From the human T2T-CHM13v2.0 reference genome, Homo sapiens, in the NCBI RefSeq assembly GCF_009914755.1, contig NC_060925.1: a stretch of DNA of 64,000 nt; one strand, written 5' to 3'. Position numbers and translations under genes: made by a program. This document shows, piece after piece, positions 16,611-31,595 of this stretch. The notes beneath the pieces are model-generated. The model was given only the letters and a program-made list of their open reading frames with translations. It was not told the origin of the DNA and ran no database searches. Numbering within the stretch: the stretch's first letter is position 1; each line of letters starts with the position of its first letter.

Positions 16611-17038
16611 CTATACTGATATTGTAAAATAAAGTTCTATTCCTATGTAATCTGACCTCCATCTCTTATACCATGATTATATGTTTGCTGTTCCATACAA
16701 TTTATAATTCATGTTTCTTTATTCAATCTCTCTTCTTGTACCTAATCTGAATACCTATAATTTTTCCTTTTTGGATCAGGACATGGTATGTGATATTCCT
16801 TAAAGAAATGGCAAAGCAGTGCACTAAAAGAAAAATCCCAAGGGAAAATACCCCTGAAAGTTCTAAAATTAAAAATTATTACTTACTTGAATGTAAGAAT
16901 TCTAGAGAATTTTATACTAGAATCTAATCTTTTTCCTTTAATTCATTACTGAATTTATCTGAATTCTTTAGATATTTTACATTCTTATTTTGTTTTTTCT
17001 TTGAAAAGAAATCAAATTTACAGTAATGTGTAAATTAG

Positions 17039-17483
<445 letters not shown>

Positions 17484-17742
17484 TCTATTTTTTTTCAAGA
17501 GACATCTTCCTGTGACTCTCCATCCCTTTTGTTAAAATTTAGACCTACTGCTTGCTATGCCTACTATACAGCTTCATCCTGAAGCATTTCTTCTTCTCAT
17601 CTATGTTTGATTCCCACTGCCTACATCCTTTGTCATTGACTCTGGTTCTTGCAGGATTGATTATGATTCTTGTTCCTAACTCACTTCTATAATGGTTGTA
17701 TGGTTTTTTCTGTTTTGTTTTGTTTTTTTTTAACAAGTTCAC

Positions 17743-18046
<304 letters not shown>

Positions 18047-18365
18047 TCATTTGTATTTTTTATTTGGTGATTTTCTTTGTGATCTTGTTTTAAAAGATTT
18101 TGTGTTCTCATTAGCTTCACTGAGGTCTACAGAAGTTTATATCTAAAAATTTCTTCAGTATTTGGAGTAAATTTTTGACTTGGTATTCCTTTTCTGCCTT
18201 TCATTCATATTACACTGTGCATAGGTTCCATTTTGCATCTTCAGATTTCTCTATTTAATTAAGAATTGAGTAGGTGGATTTTCCTTGGTTCCTTTCCCTT
18301 TTTACCTGGGTACTGTTTTAATTTTCTTCTTGAAACTTGAGGTGGAGGGGTGGATATTAATGGGG

Positions 18366-18729
<364 letters not shown>

Positions 18730-18759
18730 TGATCTATATTTAGTTCTTCAGTGAGGGAT

Positions 18760-19560
18760 TTTAGAAGAACGGGGGATATGCAGGTCAGAGTTGAGAGGTT
18801 AACTTTGAGACCACAGTCATATAAATATTCATGAAGACATGGAGTGACTGAAATTACCTAGGGAGAGAATATAGAATGAGAAGCAAGAAGATTGACTTGG
18901 ACAGATCCCTGAGGGATGTGATACATGGAAGCCAAAGTAAGTATTTCATTAAGGAAGGAATGAATGTTGCTGTCATGGGCTACTGGAATCAGTGTCAAGT
19001 AAAATGAAGGTTGGGAAATGTCCATTGGAATTAGCAACTTGGAAGTCACTGGTGTTGTAATCCCTGTTTCTGTGGAATGGCCTCTGGCTATGGGTTGAAG
19101 AATGAGAAGTGAGACAGTGATACAACATGCATAGAAAACTTTGAGAAGTTGGGCTATATATGGGAGGAAATAAAGGGTAGTAGGTAGAGGGAGGTCAAGG
19201 TCTGAAGAAAAGCTTTTTACAGTGGGAAAGTCTTTTAACATGTTTAAATGCTAATATTAAAAAAACAGTAGAGAGACTGAAGATATTGGAAAGAGGAGAT
19301 AGTAGTATGAAGTTCCTGAAAAAATGAATAGGAATTGAATCCACAACACCTATGAAGCAGTTTGATTTATATAAAGGAGGAAGAATACCTCCTTTATTGT
19401 AGTAGAATAGAGGAAGAATGAATAGGAACAGATTCAAGTTAAGATGGGAGCAAATGCAAATTAGCATTTGAGGTCATGTGGAAATCTAGGAATCTATTGA
19501 GTGAGCCAATTCGTGAAGAAAAGAAAGGAGCAGTATGGTAAGAGAAGAAAGGGCATTTCA
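18760..19560 (-). mobile_element. L2 fragment
   Basis: - strand HSTET motif typical of L2/CR1 ORF2; purine-rich + strand. Confidence 0.65.
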
Positions 19561-19836
19561 AATGGGGACAATGAAAAGGGGAATATTTACTATCATTTTG
19601 TTCAATTATTTTAACACTTTAGTGTTATGATGTGGCCACTTCCCTAAATAGTAATATGTATGTGAAGTATCTTTATTATTAGAAAGTAAGCCTTGCTTTT
19701 TATATTTTCCAAACATTACTTCTTGGTCTATATGTTGATTTTTATGATACATCTTGAAACTGATAAGCTAGGTTACATATTTATAAAAGTATTTTTCTTC
19801 TGAATTTAAAATGTTTACTGAAAACTGCTTTACAAG

Positions 19837-19979
19837 GTGTCAAAACTGGAACAAGAACTTCAAAAACAAAGGGAAAGTTCAGCTGAAAAGTTGAGAAAAA
19901 TGGAGGAGAAATGTGAATCAGCTGCACATGAAGCAGATTTGAAAAGGCAAAAAGTGATTGAGCTTACTGGCACTGCCAG
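19837..19979 (+). CDS. CCDC18: CCDC18 exon (VSKLEQEL...TGTAR)
   Basis: caag acceptor, gtaaaa donor; 143 nt, phase 0/2. Confidence 0.9.
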
Positions 19980-20799
19980 GTAAAATGTGAATATGTTTTA
20001 TTTACCTTCCCACTTCAATATCAGTGGTATCTGAGTTTTGAAATCAGATAATGTTCAGTGGAGCATTTGCTTGAGGAATTAATGTCTCCATAGTCTGTGT
20101 TCCTATTGCATTTTGTTTGTATTTCCTTCATATCTCTCATTATGCTTTTTACTGTATTACAGTTTAATGCTTTTAACCTTCCTACTATAAGTTTCTTAAG
20201 GCAAGGATCATACCTGGTTTATTTTAGGGTCTTACACAACAACTGGCACAGTTCCTTATACCTCATAGGCACTCAGCAACTGTTAATTGTGAATAACATT
20301 AAAAGTTGTAGGCAAAAATGTAAATGTACTCACATAGAGGAAACTTTCAGGCAATCCAATTATATAGGGGAAGAATGACAATATAAAAGTGGTTCTCAGC
20401 CTTGAGTGAATATTAAAATCACCTCAAGAGCTTGTAAAAAAACATACTGATGACTGGGTCCCACTTTTAGATTAAATAAAACCTAAAGATTCTGATTTAA
20501 TTTGGCTAGGCTGGTCCCAGGCATCGATACTTAATTGGTCAAGAAAGGAACCCATGAGCTGAAAGCAGTACCCAGCCTCTTCAGATCTCTTCTACTTTGT
20601 TGGGAAGAATTGACATAATTTATAACATAATCAGCCCACCCTTCTACCAACAGGAGTCAAGAGTGAACTTAGGCACTGGCACTAAAACCACATGTCCCCA
20701 GGTTCCCTCTCCTCCATTGACAGGGGTCCTTTGTGCTCAGAGGAGCAACTTGCTTCCTCAGATGTCTGTCACCCTCTCAGCAGGGTTGAGGGCTTCCCA

Positions 20800-21470
20800 A
20801 GTTTAAGACTAAGACCAAAGTATTTCACACCTTCTTTCTTCCATTGACAGATGTTCTACTCACTAACATGGCCTCACCACTGGTGTCCACCTTGAGTCTG
20901 TGAAGACTGACTGCATTATCACTTTATCCTTGTTTATGCCAGATACCACAAGAAACCCTAGATTTCCAGGTCAGCTCTCATATCTCACACTAATTCCCAA
21001 AAAACTCTCCACACATTCTGTTTCTTTCTCCAACCCCATCCCAACTTCTGAAAGACTTCTACTGTGCCTTTTGAACTTCATAATCCATTCTCTGTATTCA
21101 CTACTTTTTCTTTTCTCTTGCTGTAATAGAAACCTGGCCCTCCCCTAAGGACATTGCTTCTTCCCCTGTAGCCTTCTAAAGTAAAAAACTTTTCCCCATA
21201 GCTCTTGTACCACAGGGTCCAGGCAAGGTGTGAAGTATATACTATACTTGGTGAACCTCATGCCATCAGAACCCTTACTGGTGCTGATTTCTTTAGACGG
21301 CCTGACTTACTGTTGCCCTCTCCAGCATCACTTCTGTCATTCTTCTTGGGGATTTCAGTACACCTCTGAAGCTGATCCTTCTGACACCTTGGCTTCTCAT
21401 TTTTAACAATTTCTGTACTCTAGTGATCCTGATCTTTAACATACCTCAGCCACTTACTCCCATGGAATTT
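20800..21470 (+). mobile_element. L2 fragment
   Basis: pyrimidine-rich sequence with cttggggatttca endonuclease-like motif. Confidence 0.5.
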
Positions 21471-22898
21471 ATCTTGTGCTGAAAATTTAAATCAAAACCA
21501 AATAACATTTTTTGGTAGAAATTTTCTAAAATGTATATTTTCTTGGGGTTTTTACTTTCTCTGGGTATCTCAGGGTTATCATTATATACATCATGCTAAA
21601 ATGTAGTGATACCCTAATGAAACTTTGAGGCATATACAGTTCTGTTTTTTATAAAATGTCTGTAGGCTGCTAATGCTTTTTGAGTCCTTGTATATTTTCT
21701 ATAATTTTCCCCTAACTCCTTTGCTGACAAGCCATCTGCTCATGGCTCTATGCCAATCTCTTTTGATTATTCTTTTCTAATTATCTGTTTTATATCTACT
21801 TTAATATTAGAGCTAATTGGTCAAGCTAAAAATTATTTACTTGGGATTTTAGAAATGTAAAAGTGTCATTAGCACTCATCTAATCTAGTACTTAATTGGT
21901 CTATGGACATATTTGAGGATCTGGTAAAAAGCTTTAGCTTGTCTTCTATACATAGATGTATACATGTACATTATACATGTATAATTTTGCATACTGTTTC
22001 AGGGGTTTTATAGTTTTCCTTAAGTTTACTCATGGACTTCCAATTAAAAAACTCTTGAACAAATCCAAATTTGTTGAAGTTTTATCTAGAAAAGAAATGC
22101 TCCTACTTGCAAACTCAATTTAGAAATTTCAAAGATCAAACAACAGAAAGTGTTGACACAAAGGAACATGAACTCTTCCTACCATTGAGGGTAACATTAA
22201 CAATTGTTTAATTAGTAAATATCACTTTAGAATTACCAACAAAGGGACTTAAAACTGGCTCTTAGTATGTTGATTTGTCTGTAGGGGAGCTGCCGTATTA
22301 GAATAAGTTCAGGACTGACAAAGTTAGTAAACCTGGCCCTATCACTATTAACAGCTAGTTGTATTATCTCAGACAACTCACCTAGTCTTCAGTTTCCTCC
22401 TCTGTAAAGCAGGGAAGTTGCACTAGTCTAGGAATCTCTAGTTCCTTTTAAAGCTAAAAAAAGGATAGAACCAATAATAAAACTGAGTAAAAGCAATTGA
22501 CTTGGCTCTCCAGTGAGTAATATGGTTTTTATGGTGAATAATTTGATTGTTTGGCTTATTTATTTTCTTTGTTGCTAATAACAAAAATTCCTAGATGAAT
22601 GAGGTCCTTGGATATTTTCAATACATGCAAAGCTAAAGTTAAATGTGGTTAGAGTGAAAAGAATGCTAGGCTTGTTAAATATTACCAGGTAGTAGTAGTA
22701 AAGTTGTATTTAGTGGTATGTAATGTGTAAAGGAATAGTTTTTAGTTGGAGAATTTTTAAAAATAGGTGATTTAAAATTCCAACTAGATATTTTGCTGAT
22801 ATTTGTCCTTATATAACTTGCAGGCTTTTTTTTTAGTCAGAGACAAGTTAGTTGGTTAAGTTTCTAAATTACCTGTTTTATTATTTGTTTTTAATTAG

Positions 22899-23062
22899 GC
22901 AAGTAAAGATTGAGATGGATCAGTACAAAGAAGAGCTGTCTAAAATGGAAAAGGAAATAATGCACCTAAAACGAGATGGAGAAAATAAAGCAATGCACCT
23001 CTCTCAATTAGATATGATCTTAGATCAGACAAAGACAGAGCTAGAAAAGAAAACAAATGCTG
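22899..23062 (+). CDS. CCDC18: CCDC18 exon (QVKIEMDQ...KKTNA)
   Basis: ttag acceptor, gtaagc donor; 164 nt, phase 2/1; ORF 22852..23082. Confidence 0.92.
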
Positions 23063-23271
23063 GTAAGCAAGTGGTTAGATGAGTATAGCTGCCTATGTAT
23101 TTGTACTTAACGAAGTGAAATAATGTGAGAATTTGAGATGGTGGGGCTGGAAGGGAAAATAAGTGGTATTTTGCCTCTCGTAGATGAATATAATTGAATA
23201 TTCTTAATATATACAAAGTTTGTAATAAATGGTTTACATATAGTTATAAAATTATTCTCTCCTCTTAATAG

Positions 23272-23485
23272 TAAAGGAGTTAGAAAAGTTACAGCACAGT
23301 ACTGAAACTGAACTAACAGAAGCCTTGCAAAAACGGGAAGTACTTGAGACTGAACTACAAAATGCTCATGGAGAATTAAAAAGTACTTTAAGACAACTCC
23401 AGGAATTGAGAGATGTACTACAGAAGGCTCAATTATCATTAGAGGAAAAATACACTACTATAAAGGATCTCACAGCTGAACTTAG
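23272..23485 (+). CDS. CCDC18: CCDC18 exon (VKELEKLQ...TAELR)
   Basis: atag acceptor, gtgagt donor; 214 nt, phase 1/2. Confidence 0.92.
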
Positions 23486-23759
23486 GTGAGTTAAATAATA
23501 AGAAATTATATCACAGTTATAAGTCCTTGGATAATACAATAAAATATGTTGTTGCATTCTAGACGTCTAAATTTCTCAACTGTCTTTGGCTCACTTTGGC
23601 TCATCCCAGCCAGCCTATCCCATGCCTTATCTAACTAATTCAGCTGTCTTTGTTGGCCGCCAAAACTTTCATCCTCAGTCTTTAGACCATTTTATACTAG
23701 CCCTAGTGGTAAAAAATCATTGGGCATGCATACAGCAGTGGCTAACAGCAGGAGGATAT

Positions 23760-24000
23760 TAATAATGATAATATTGTTCTTTGTATTAAGTCCTTATTTT
23801 ATGCTAGGACTACGCCAGGGACTTCACATATGATCTCACTCATTTCCTTACAACACACCTATTAGAAACATATATCACCTTTTTAATAGTTGAGAAACCT
23901 GAGGCCTTGAGAAAAATAAAATGCCCCAAGTCATACAGGTAGTAGAGTCTAGAGAAGGGAGTTAAACACAAGTCTGTCCAACTCTAAAGTCTGGGATCTT
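23760..24000 (-). mobile_element. MIR
   Basis: antisense MIR core (gagaaacctgaggc...ccccaagtcatacag). Confidence 0.6.
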
Positions 24001-24564
24001 AGATTAGCAGTATAACATAAACTGTTATGCTGACACACATGTATAGTGAGTGGAGGTGTACAGCCAGATTAGAGCCAAAGTATGAGAAATAGGTTCAGAA
24101 AAGGAAAATAGAATTACAAATTAGGATGTAAAATGTGAAATAAAAGAACAGGATAAAGAGCAGCAAGATAACCCAGAAACTTAGATACTGTACCACAGAA
24201 TTCAGTGTAGGGCCTCCTTCTCTTCTGTATCCACAAACTCATCCTTAGTAAATTTCATGTAGCTTTAAATACTATGTGTCAGACACTTCCAAACCCATTT
24301 CTCCAGTATTGACCTTTTCCTGTAACTCCAGATTCAATATCCAACTAGTTGTTACCTCCATTCGGATATTTTTAAGAGGCATCTCAGACTTAGCCAAAAT
24401 AGGACTCATATTTTCTCATAACCCTACCCTTCTCCTAACTCAGTATCATGCAGTTGCTCAAACCACAAATATATAAGATTTTTCTTGTTCTCTCTTTCCA
24501 TCCCTTTTTTCATCCAGTGTATTAGCAAGCCATGTCAACTTTATTTCCAAAACATATATATATA

Positions 24565-24843
24565 TTTTTTTTCAGACAGATTCTTGCCCAGGTTGGAGTG
24601 CAGTGGCATGATCTCAGCTCACTGCAGCCTCCACCTCCTGTTCAAGCAATTCTCCTGCCTCAGCCACCAAGTAACTGGGATTACAGGCACCTGCCACCAC
24701 GCCTGGCTAATTTTTGTATTGTTAATAGAGGCGGGGTTTCACCACGTTGGCCAGACTGGTCTTGAACTCCTGACCTCAGGTGATCCATCCACCTGGGCCT
24801 CCCAAGGTGCTGAGATTACAGACATGAGCCACTGCACCCAGCC
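24565..24843 (-). mobile_element. AluS
   Basis: dimer. Confidence 0.88.
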
Positions 24844-25030
24844 CCAAAACACATTCTTAAATCCATTGATTTCGTGGCCTCTTTTCTGTTATCCTTAGCA
24901 CAAAGCATCATCTCTTACCTGGTCTGTTGCTGTGGCTTCCTAGCTGGGCTCTCTGCTTACAATCTTGACCCCCTCCCAACAATCCATTTTCCAAAAATAG
25001 ATTTAAGTTTATTATTTAAAACATAAATTA

Positions 25031-25335
25031 GACCAGGCGCGGTGGCTCACGCCTGTAATCCCAACACTTTGGGAGGCCGAGACAAGCAGATCACAAGGTC
25101 AGGAGTTTGAAACCAGCCTGGCCAATATGGTGAAACCCCATCTCTACTAAAAATGCAAAAATCAGCCAGGTGTGGTGGCAGGTGTGTGTAGTCTTAGCTA
25201 CTCAGGAGGCTGAGGCAGGAGAATTGTTTGAACCTGGGAGGTGGAGGTTGCAATGAGCCAAGAATGAGCCATGATCCATTCCAGCCTGAGTGACAGAGTG
25301 AGACTCCATCTCAAAAAAAAAAAAAAAAAAAAAAA
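25031..25335 (+). mobile_element. AluS
   Basis: dimer with poly(A). Confidence 0.9.
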
Positions 25336-25409
25336 TAGATCATATTGCTTACCTACTTAAACCTTCTAATGGCTTTCTAAAACCTTCAGAATAAAATCCA
25401 AACTCCTTC

Positions 25410-28337
25410 ACAAATGAAAATAAAAACTACATTGATATATCACTTCATACCAAGGATGGTCATTTTTAAAAACCAAAAAATGGAAAAGAACAAGTGTTAG
25501 CAAGTGTAGAAAAAAAATGAAACCCTCATTCATTGCTGGAGGGGATCTAAAATGGTGCAGCCACTGTAGAAAACACTTTAGCCTTCCTCAGTAAGTTGAA
25601 CGTAGAATTACCATATGACTCAGTAATTCCACTCCTAGTTTTGTACTCAAAAGGGTTGAAAACAGATATCTAAGCAAAAATTGTATACAAATGTTTACAA
25701 AGTAAGCCAAAAAGTGAAAACACCCCAAATGTTCATCATCAGATGAATGGATAAACAAAATATAGTGTCTTAGTCCGTTTTCATGCTGCTGATAAAGACA
25801 TACCTGAGACTGGGCAATTCACCAAAGAAAGAAGTTTAATGGACTCACAGTTCCACGTGGCTGGGGAGGCCTCACAATCATGGTGGAAGGTGAAAGACAC
25901 ATCTCATATGGTGGCAGACAAGAGAGCTTGCGCAGGGAAACTCCGCTTTATAAAACCATCAGATCTCTTGAGACTGATTCACTCTCATGAGAACAGCATG
26001 GGAAAGACCTGCCCCCATGATTCAGTTACCTCCCACTGGGTCTCTCTCACAACACATGGGAATTCAAGATGAGATTTGGATGGGGTCACAGCCAAACTGT
26101 ATCATTCTGCCCCGGCCCCTCCCAAATCTCATGTCCTCACATTTCAAAACAAATTGTGCCTTCCCAACAGTCTCTCAAAGTCTTAATTCATTTGAGCAGT
26201 AACTCAAAAGTCCACAGTCCAAAGTCTCATCTGAGACAAGGCAAATCCCTTCTGCCTATCAGCCTGTAAAATCAAAAGCAAGTTAGTTACTTCCTAGATA
26301 CAGTGGGGGTACAGACATTGGGTAAATACACCCATTCCAAATGGTAGAAATTGGCCAAAACAAAGGGGCTACAGGCCCCATGCAAGTCTGAAATTCAGCA
26401 GGGCAGTTAAATCTTAAAGCTCCAAAATGATCTATTTTGACTCCATGTCTCACATCCAGGTCACACTGATGCAAGAGGTGGGTTTCCTTGGTCTTGGCAG
26501 CTCCACCCCTGTGACTTTGTAGGCTATAGCCTTTCTCCTGGCTGCTTCCACCGGCTGGCATTGAGTATCTGTGGCTTTTCCAGGCTCATGGTGCAAGCTG
26601 TCAGTGCATCTGTTATTCTGGGGTTCTGGAGGATGGTGGCCCTCCCTCTTCTCACAGCTCTACCAGGCAGCGCCCCAGTGGGGACTCTGTATGGGGGTGC
26701 CCACCCCACATTTCCCTTCCACACTTTCCTAGCAGAGGTTCTCCATGAAGCCCTGCCTCAGCAGCAAACTTCTGCCTGGAGAACCAGGCCTTTCCATATA
26801 TCCTCTGAAATCTAGGTGGAGGTTCCCAAACCTCAATTCTTGACTTCTGTGTACTCACAGATTCAACATTGGGTAGAAGCTGCCAAGGCATGGGGCTTGC
26901 ACCCTCTGAAGCCACGGCCTGTGCTCTATGTTGTCCTTTTTCCGCCACAGCTACAGTGACTGGGATGCAGGGCACCAAGTCCCTAGGCTGCACACAGCGT
27001 GGTGACCCTGGATCCCACCCATGAAACCATTTTTTCCTCCTAGGCCTCCAGGCCTGTGATGGGAGAGGCTGCTCCAGAGACCTCTGACATGCCCTGGAGA
27101 CATTTTCCCCATTGTCTTGGGGATTAACATTTGGCTTCTCATTACTTATGCAAATTTCTGCAGCCAGCTTGAATTTCTCCTCAGAAAATGGGATTTTCTT
27201 TTCTATCACACTCAAGTCACCTCTGGAGTGCTTTGTTGCTTAGAAATTTCTTCCACCAGATACGCTAAATCATCTCTCCGAAGTTCAAAATTCCACAAAT
27301 CTCTAGGGCAGGGGCAAAATGCCACCAGTCTCTTTGCTAAAACTTAAGAGTCACCTTTGCTCCAGTTCCCAACAAGTTCCTCATTTCTCTCCAAGACCAC
27401 CTCATTCTGGACTTTATTGTCCATATTGCTATCAGAATTTTGGTCAAAGCCATTGAACAAGTCTCTAGGAAGTTCCAAATTTTCCCACATTTTCCTGTAT
27501 TCTTCTGAGCCCTCCAAACTGTTCCAACCCTACCTGTTACCCAGTTCCAAAGTCGCTTCCACATTTTTGGGTATCTACAGTAGTGCCCCACTTTACTGGT
27601 ACCAATTTACTGTATTAGTGAGTTTTCACGCTGTTGATAAAGACATACCTGAGACTGCACAATTTACAAAAGAAAGAGGTTTAATGGACTCACAGTTCCA
27701 CGTGGCTGGGGAGGCCTCACAATCATGGTGGAAGGTGAAAGGCACATCTCACTGGTAGCAGACAAGAGAACTTGTGCAGGGAACCTCCCATTTTTAAAAC
27801 CATCAGATCTCATGAGACTTATTCACTGTCACAAGAATAGCCAAGGAGAGACCTGCCCCCATGATTCAATTACCTCCCACTGGGTTTCTCCTAAACATGT
27901 AGAATTCAAGATCAGATTTGGGTGGGAACACAGCCAAACCATATCATATAGTGTATCCATACAAAGAATATTATTCAGTCATAAAAACGAATGAACTACT
28001 GATACATGGTACAAAGTGCATGAACTTTGAAAACATTATGCTAAGTGAAAGCCAGACACATGTTGCATAATTCCATTTATATGAAATATTCAGAATTGGC
28101 AAATTCATAGAGAAAGAAAGATTAGTGGTTGCCAGGGACTAGGGGAAGGGAAAATGGAAAATAAGTGCTAATGAGTAGGAAGTTCTTTGTGGGGGACTGA
28201 TGGAAAAATACTGGACATAGATAGTGGTGATGGTTACATAACATTATGAATATACTTAATGCTTCTGAACTGTGCACTTTAAAATGGTTAAAATGGTAAA
28301 TTTTATATTATATGAATTTTACCACAGTTAAAAAAAT
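25410..28337 (+). mobile_element. L1MB-like 3' end, split by the THE1 provirus
   Basis: L1 ORF2-end and 3' UTR sequence continuous across the TATAG TSD, ending ttttaccacagttaaaaaaa. Confidence 0.75.
25766..27946 (-). mobile_element. Full-length THE1 (A/B-like) MaLR provirus
   Basis: LTRs 25766-26104 and 27611-27946 with TG...CA ends, about 1.5-kb internal region, 5-bp TSD TATAG. Confidence 0.92.
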
Positions 28338-29693
28338 CCAAGTTCCTTATCTTGAATACAAAGCCTTATGTGGTCTGGTTCCTGTCCTTGTTCCTGACAT
28401 TTTTCTTATACTTTACACTTACCAAGTTTTCTTCTACCATGGAACCTTGGCCATAGCTGTTTCTTTTTACTGGAATAACAGTTACATGGTCAGCTTCTTT
28501 TTGTCCTTCACATTACTTCAGAGAGAAGCCTTCTCTGACTACCCACTCTAAAGTAGCCACCCAGTCACTACCTCATCATGCAGTTAATGCTCTAACATAG
28601 CATTTAATATTATATTTTTCTTACTTAGGTGTCTGTCTTTTCTTCTGGACCTATTACAATGTAAACTCAGATCAGAGACATTTATCTTTTTTACTATTAA
28701 ATCCACAGCACTTAGAACCCTGGCATATAGGAAACATCCAGTAAATATTTGCAAAATAAATAAGTGAATGAAAACATGAAAGATGTAAACAGTGAAATCT
28801 TAAGTTCTAGCTAACAGATGAATTGTGGAAGCTCCGCTATTTGCATAGATAGAAGTTAGAGTTTTCTTTAATTTCATACTATTTTTAGAATATTAGTTTT
28901 AGCCTTGTGTTATATACCTCTTGAGACTTTTAGAAGAATATTAAAAACAACTCATTAAAGAAGTTCAAAATCTTCTTTTAAAAATTAGTACCCTTATCAG
29001 TACTATTTCATATTTCAGACTGGAAAATCATATGAAGATTTTCAAGATCAACATTTTCAACCTTTGTCTTATCAGAACTTAGAGTTTCAAATTATTCTCT
29101 GATCACAGGCTTCACTTTGGTAAAAGCCTTAAAATTGTGTCAGTATTAAGCATTTTATAATATAAGGTTATACATAAATTAGGGTTTAAGAGGGCTTAGA
29201 ATTTGTAATATTTTTATATTAGATTTAAGTGCTTTTTTATATGTAAGGCATCGTTTTGAGTAACATCCTCATGAGAAATACTATGGTTAAATGCCTCATT
29301 CAATTGTAATGAAGTCACAATTGTTACATGTAAAAGACTTTGAAACACTCCTTTGATCTGTGTATGAAAAAATGTGGATATGTATTTTTAAAAATTCTTA
29401 TAATCATTCAATCTTGGAGTCCTGGGAGTGTTTTAGCAATTAGCTTAAATTATCTGTAATACCACAGTGTGAGTTAACTTTTACCCTTTTAGAATACCCT
29501 TTATTAAATTAATTGTATTGATGTCAATCTTTTTCTTTATCTATTATTCCTTAAATTTGACCCTTTCAATCTGACTTGATTGCATATATTATTTTGCTTT
29601 TAATTTATAGAAGAGGTAACCTGGTTGACCTAACTTTTTAAAATTATACTCTTCTACTATCTGCTTTGATCTTTTTCCTTTGATAAATTGTAG

Positions 29694-29793
29694 AGAATGC
29701 AAGATGGAGATTGAAGACAAAAAGCAGGAGCTCCTTGAAATGGATCAGGCACTTAAAGAGAGAAATTGGGAACTAAAGCAAAGAGCAGCTCAG
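29694..29793 (+). CDS. CCDC18: CCDC18 exon (ECKMEIED...QRAAQ)
   Basis: gtag acceptor, gttgat donor; 100 nt, phase 2/0. Confidence 0.9.
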
Positions 29794-30426
29794 GTTGATT
29801 TTTCTTGATTATAATTTAATGGAGTTTTCTGTTATGACACAGTCACACAGGATTTGAGAGGTCACCAATTTTTTGTAAAATGGGCATTTTTATAGCATAT
29901 CTTTTCTCTGCACATAGGGTTTACTAAATTAGAGATATGTCATCTCTCTTTATCTTGATATTTTTCTAGCAAGTAGATTTTGAAAATGAGGATTAGCTTA
30001 GTATCTGAGCCTTTTGATCTCTTATATTACCCCGTATCAGAAGAAGCTAAGTGTTGGAGGAACAAAAATATTTGGAAGGCGTTATTTAGCACTTTTTGTC
30101 CAGCATAAAATGAAGTCTGAATTATTTGTCATTTATGAACACAACTATATTTTATTGTTTCTATAATGTATATGGGATTGAATGTCACTATGTATTGTTA
30201 AAAAAAATGCATATGGGGCTCATGAGCCAGTATTAGTAAACAATGATTATTTTTCCCATTTAAAAAATAATTTGAGTTTATACTAAAGCAAAGAGCATTA
30301 GTATATTAGCTATACTAATGAGTTTATACTTGTTATACTTGCTATAAACAATTACAAAGCCTATTCTAAGCATACAAGTTTTTATATCAGAATAAAATTG
30401 AACAACAGTTTAAGGTTATTTTTTAG

Positions 30427-30543
30427 GTTACACATTTGGATATGACTATTCGTGAGCACAGAGGAGAAATGGAACAAAAAATAATTAAATTAGAAGGTAC
30501 TCTGGAGAAATCAGAATTGGAACTTAAAGAATGTAACAAACAG
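30427..30543 (+). CDS. CCDC18: CCDC18 exon (VTHLDMTI...ECNKQ)
   Basis: ttag acceptor, gtaaat donor; 117 nt. Confidence 0.92.
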
Positions 30544-30629
30544 GTAAATTATTTTAAAATTACGTATTTTAAATTATTTTTTAAAAAATTCAAACTGTAA
30601 CTAAAAACACCCCTTCAAATAGTGGGTGT

Positions 30630-30812
30630 TTTTTGTTATTGTTGTTTTGTTTTTTGTTTTTTTTGGAGACAGAGTCGTTCTCTGTCACCCAGGCTGGAGA
30701 GCAGTGACACGTGATCATACCTCACTGCAGCCTCGAGTTCCTGGGATCAAGCAATCCTCCTGCCTCGGTCTCCCCAAAGCTTTGGGATTACAGGCGTGAG
30801 CGACCACACTCT
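30630..30812 (-). mobile_element. FLAM-like Alu monomer
   Basis: single arm with T-rich tail. Confidence 0.75.
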
Positions 30813-30989
30813 GTGGATCTTTCACTTCTTTGATTAAATTTCTTCCTAGATACTTTATTTTTTTGTAGCTGCTTTAAATAGGATTGCCTTCTTGATTTCT
30901 TTTTCACATTGATTGCTTTTAGTGTATAGAAATGCTACTGATTTTTGTATGTTAATTTTGTATCTTGCAACTTGACTGAATTTATCAGT

Positions 30990-31303
30990 TCTTTTTTAGT
31001 TTTTGTTTTTGTTTGTGTTTTGAGACAAGATCTCACCCTGTCATCTGGGCTGGAGTGCAGTGTCATGATCATAGCTCACTGCCGCCTCAACATCCCAAGC
31101 TCAGGTGATCCCTCCACCTCAAGTCTCTGAAGTAGCTGGGACTACAGGCGTGCACCACCATGATTGGCTAATTTTTTAATTTTTTGTAGAGATGGGGTTT
31201 TGCCATGTTGCCTAGGTAGGTCTCAAACTCCTGGGCTCAAGCGATCTTCCCCCCTCAGCTTCCCAAAGTGCTGGGATTACAGGCATGAGACACCACGCCA
31301 GCC
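30990..31303 (-). mobile_element. AluJ-like inside L1
   Basis: TSD TTTATCAGTTCT. Confidence 0.88.
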
Positions 31304-31595
31304 CTGTTTATCAGTTCTAATAGTTTTTTGGTGGAGTTTTCAGGTTTTTCCAAATACAAGATTATATCCTCTGCAAACAAGGATAATTTAACTTCTCTCT
31401 TTCCAATTTGGATGCCCTTTCTTTCTCTTGTCTAGTTGCTCTAGTCAGGACTCCCAGTATTATACTGAATAATAGTGGTGAAAGTGGGCATACTTGTCTT
31501 GTTCTATATCTTAGTGGAAAGACTTTGAGTTTTTCCCTATTCCTATGATATTAACTATGGGTTTGTTGTAAATGATCTTTACTGTGTTATTTTCC

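Larger units (their letters stand above)
24210..28775 (+). mobile_element. L2 3' region hosting nested Alu, L1 and THE1 insertions
   Basis: L2-like segments at 24210-25405 and 28338-28775, ending gtaaatatttgcaaaataaataagtgaatgaa. Confidence 0.6.
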
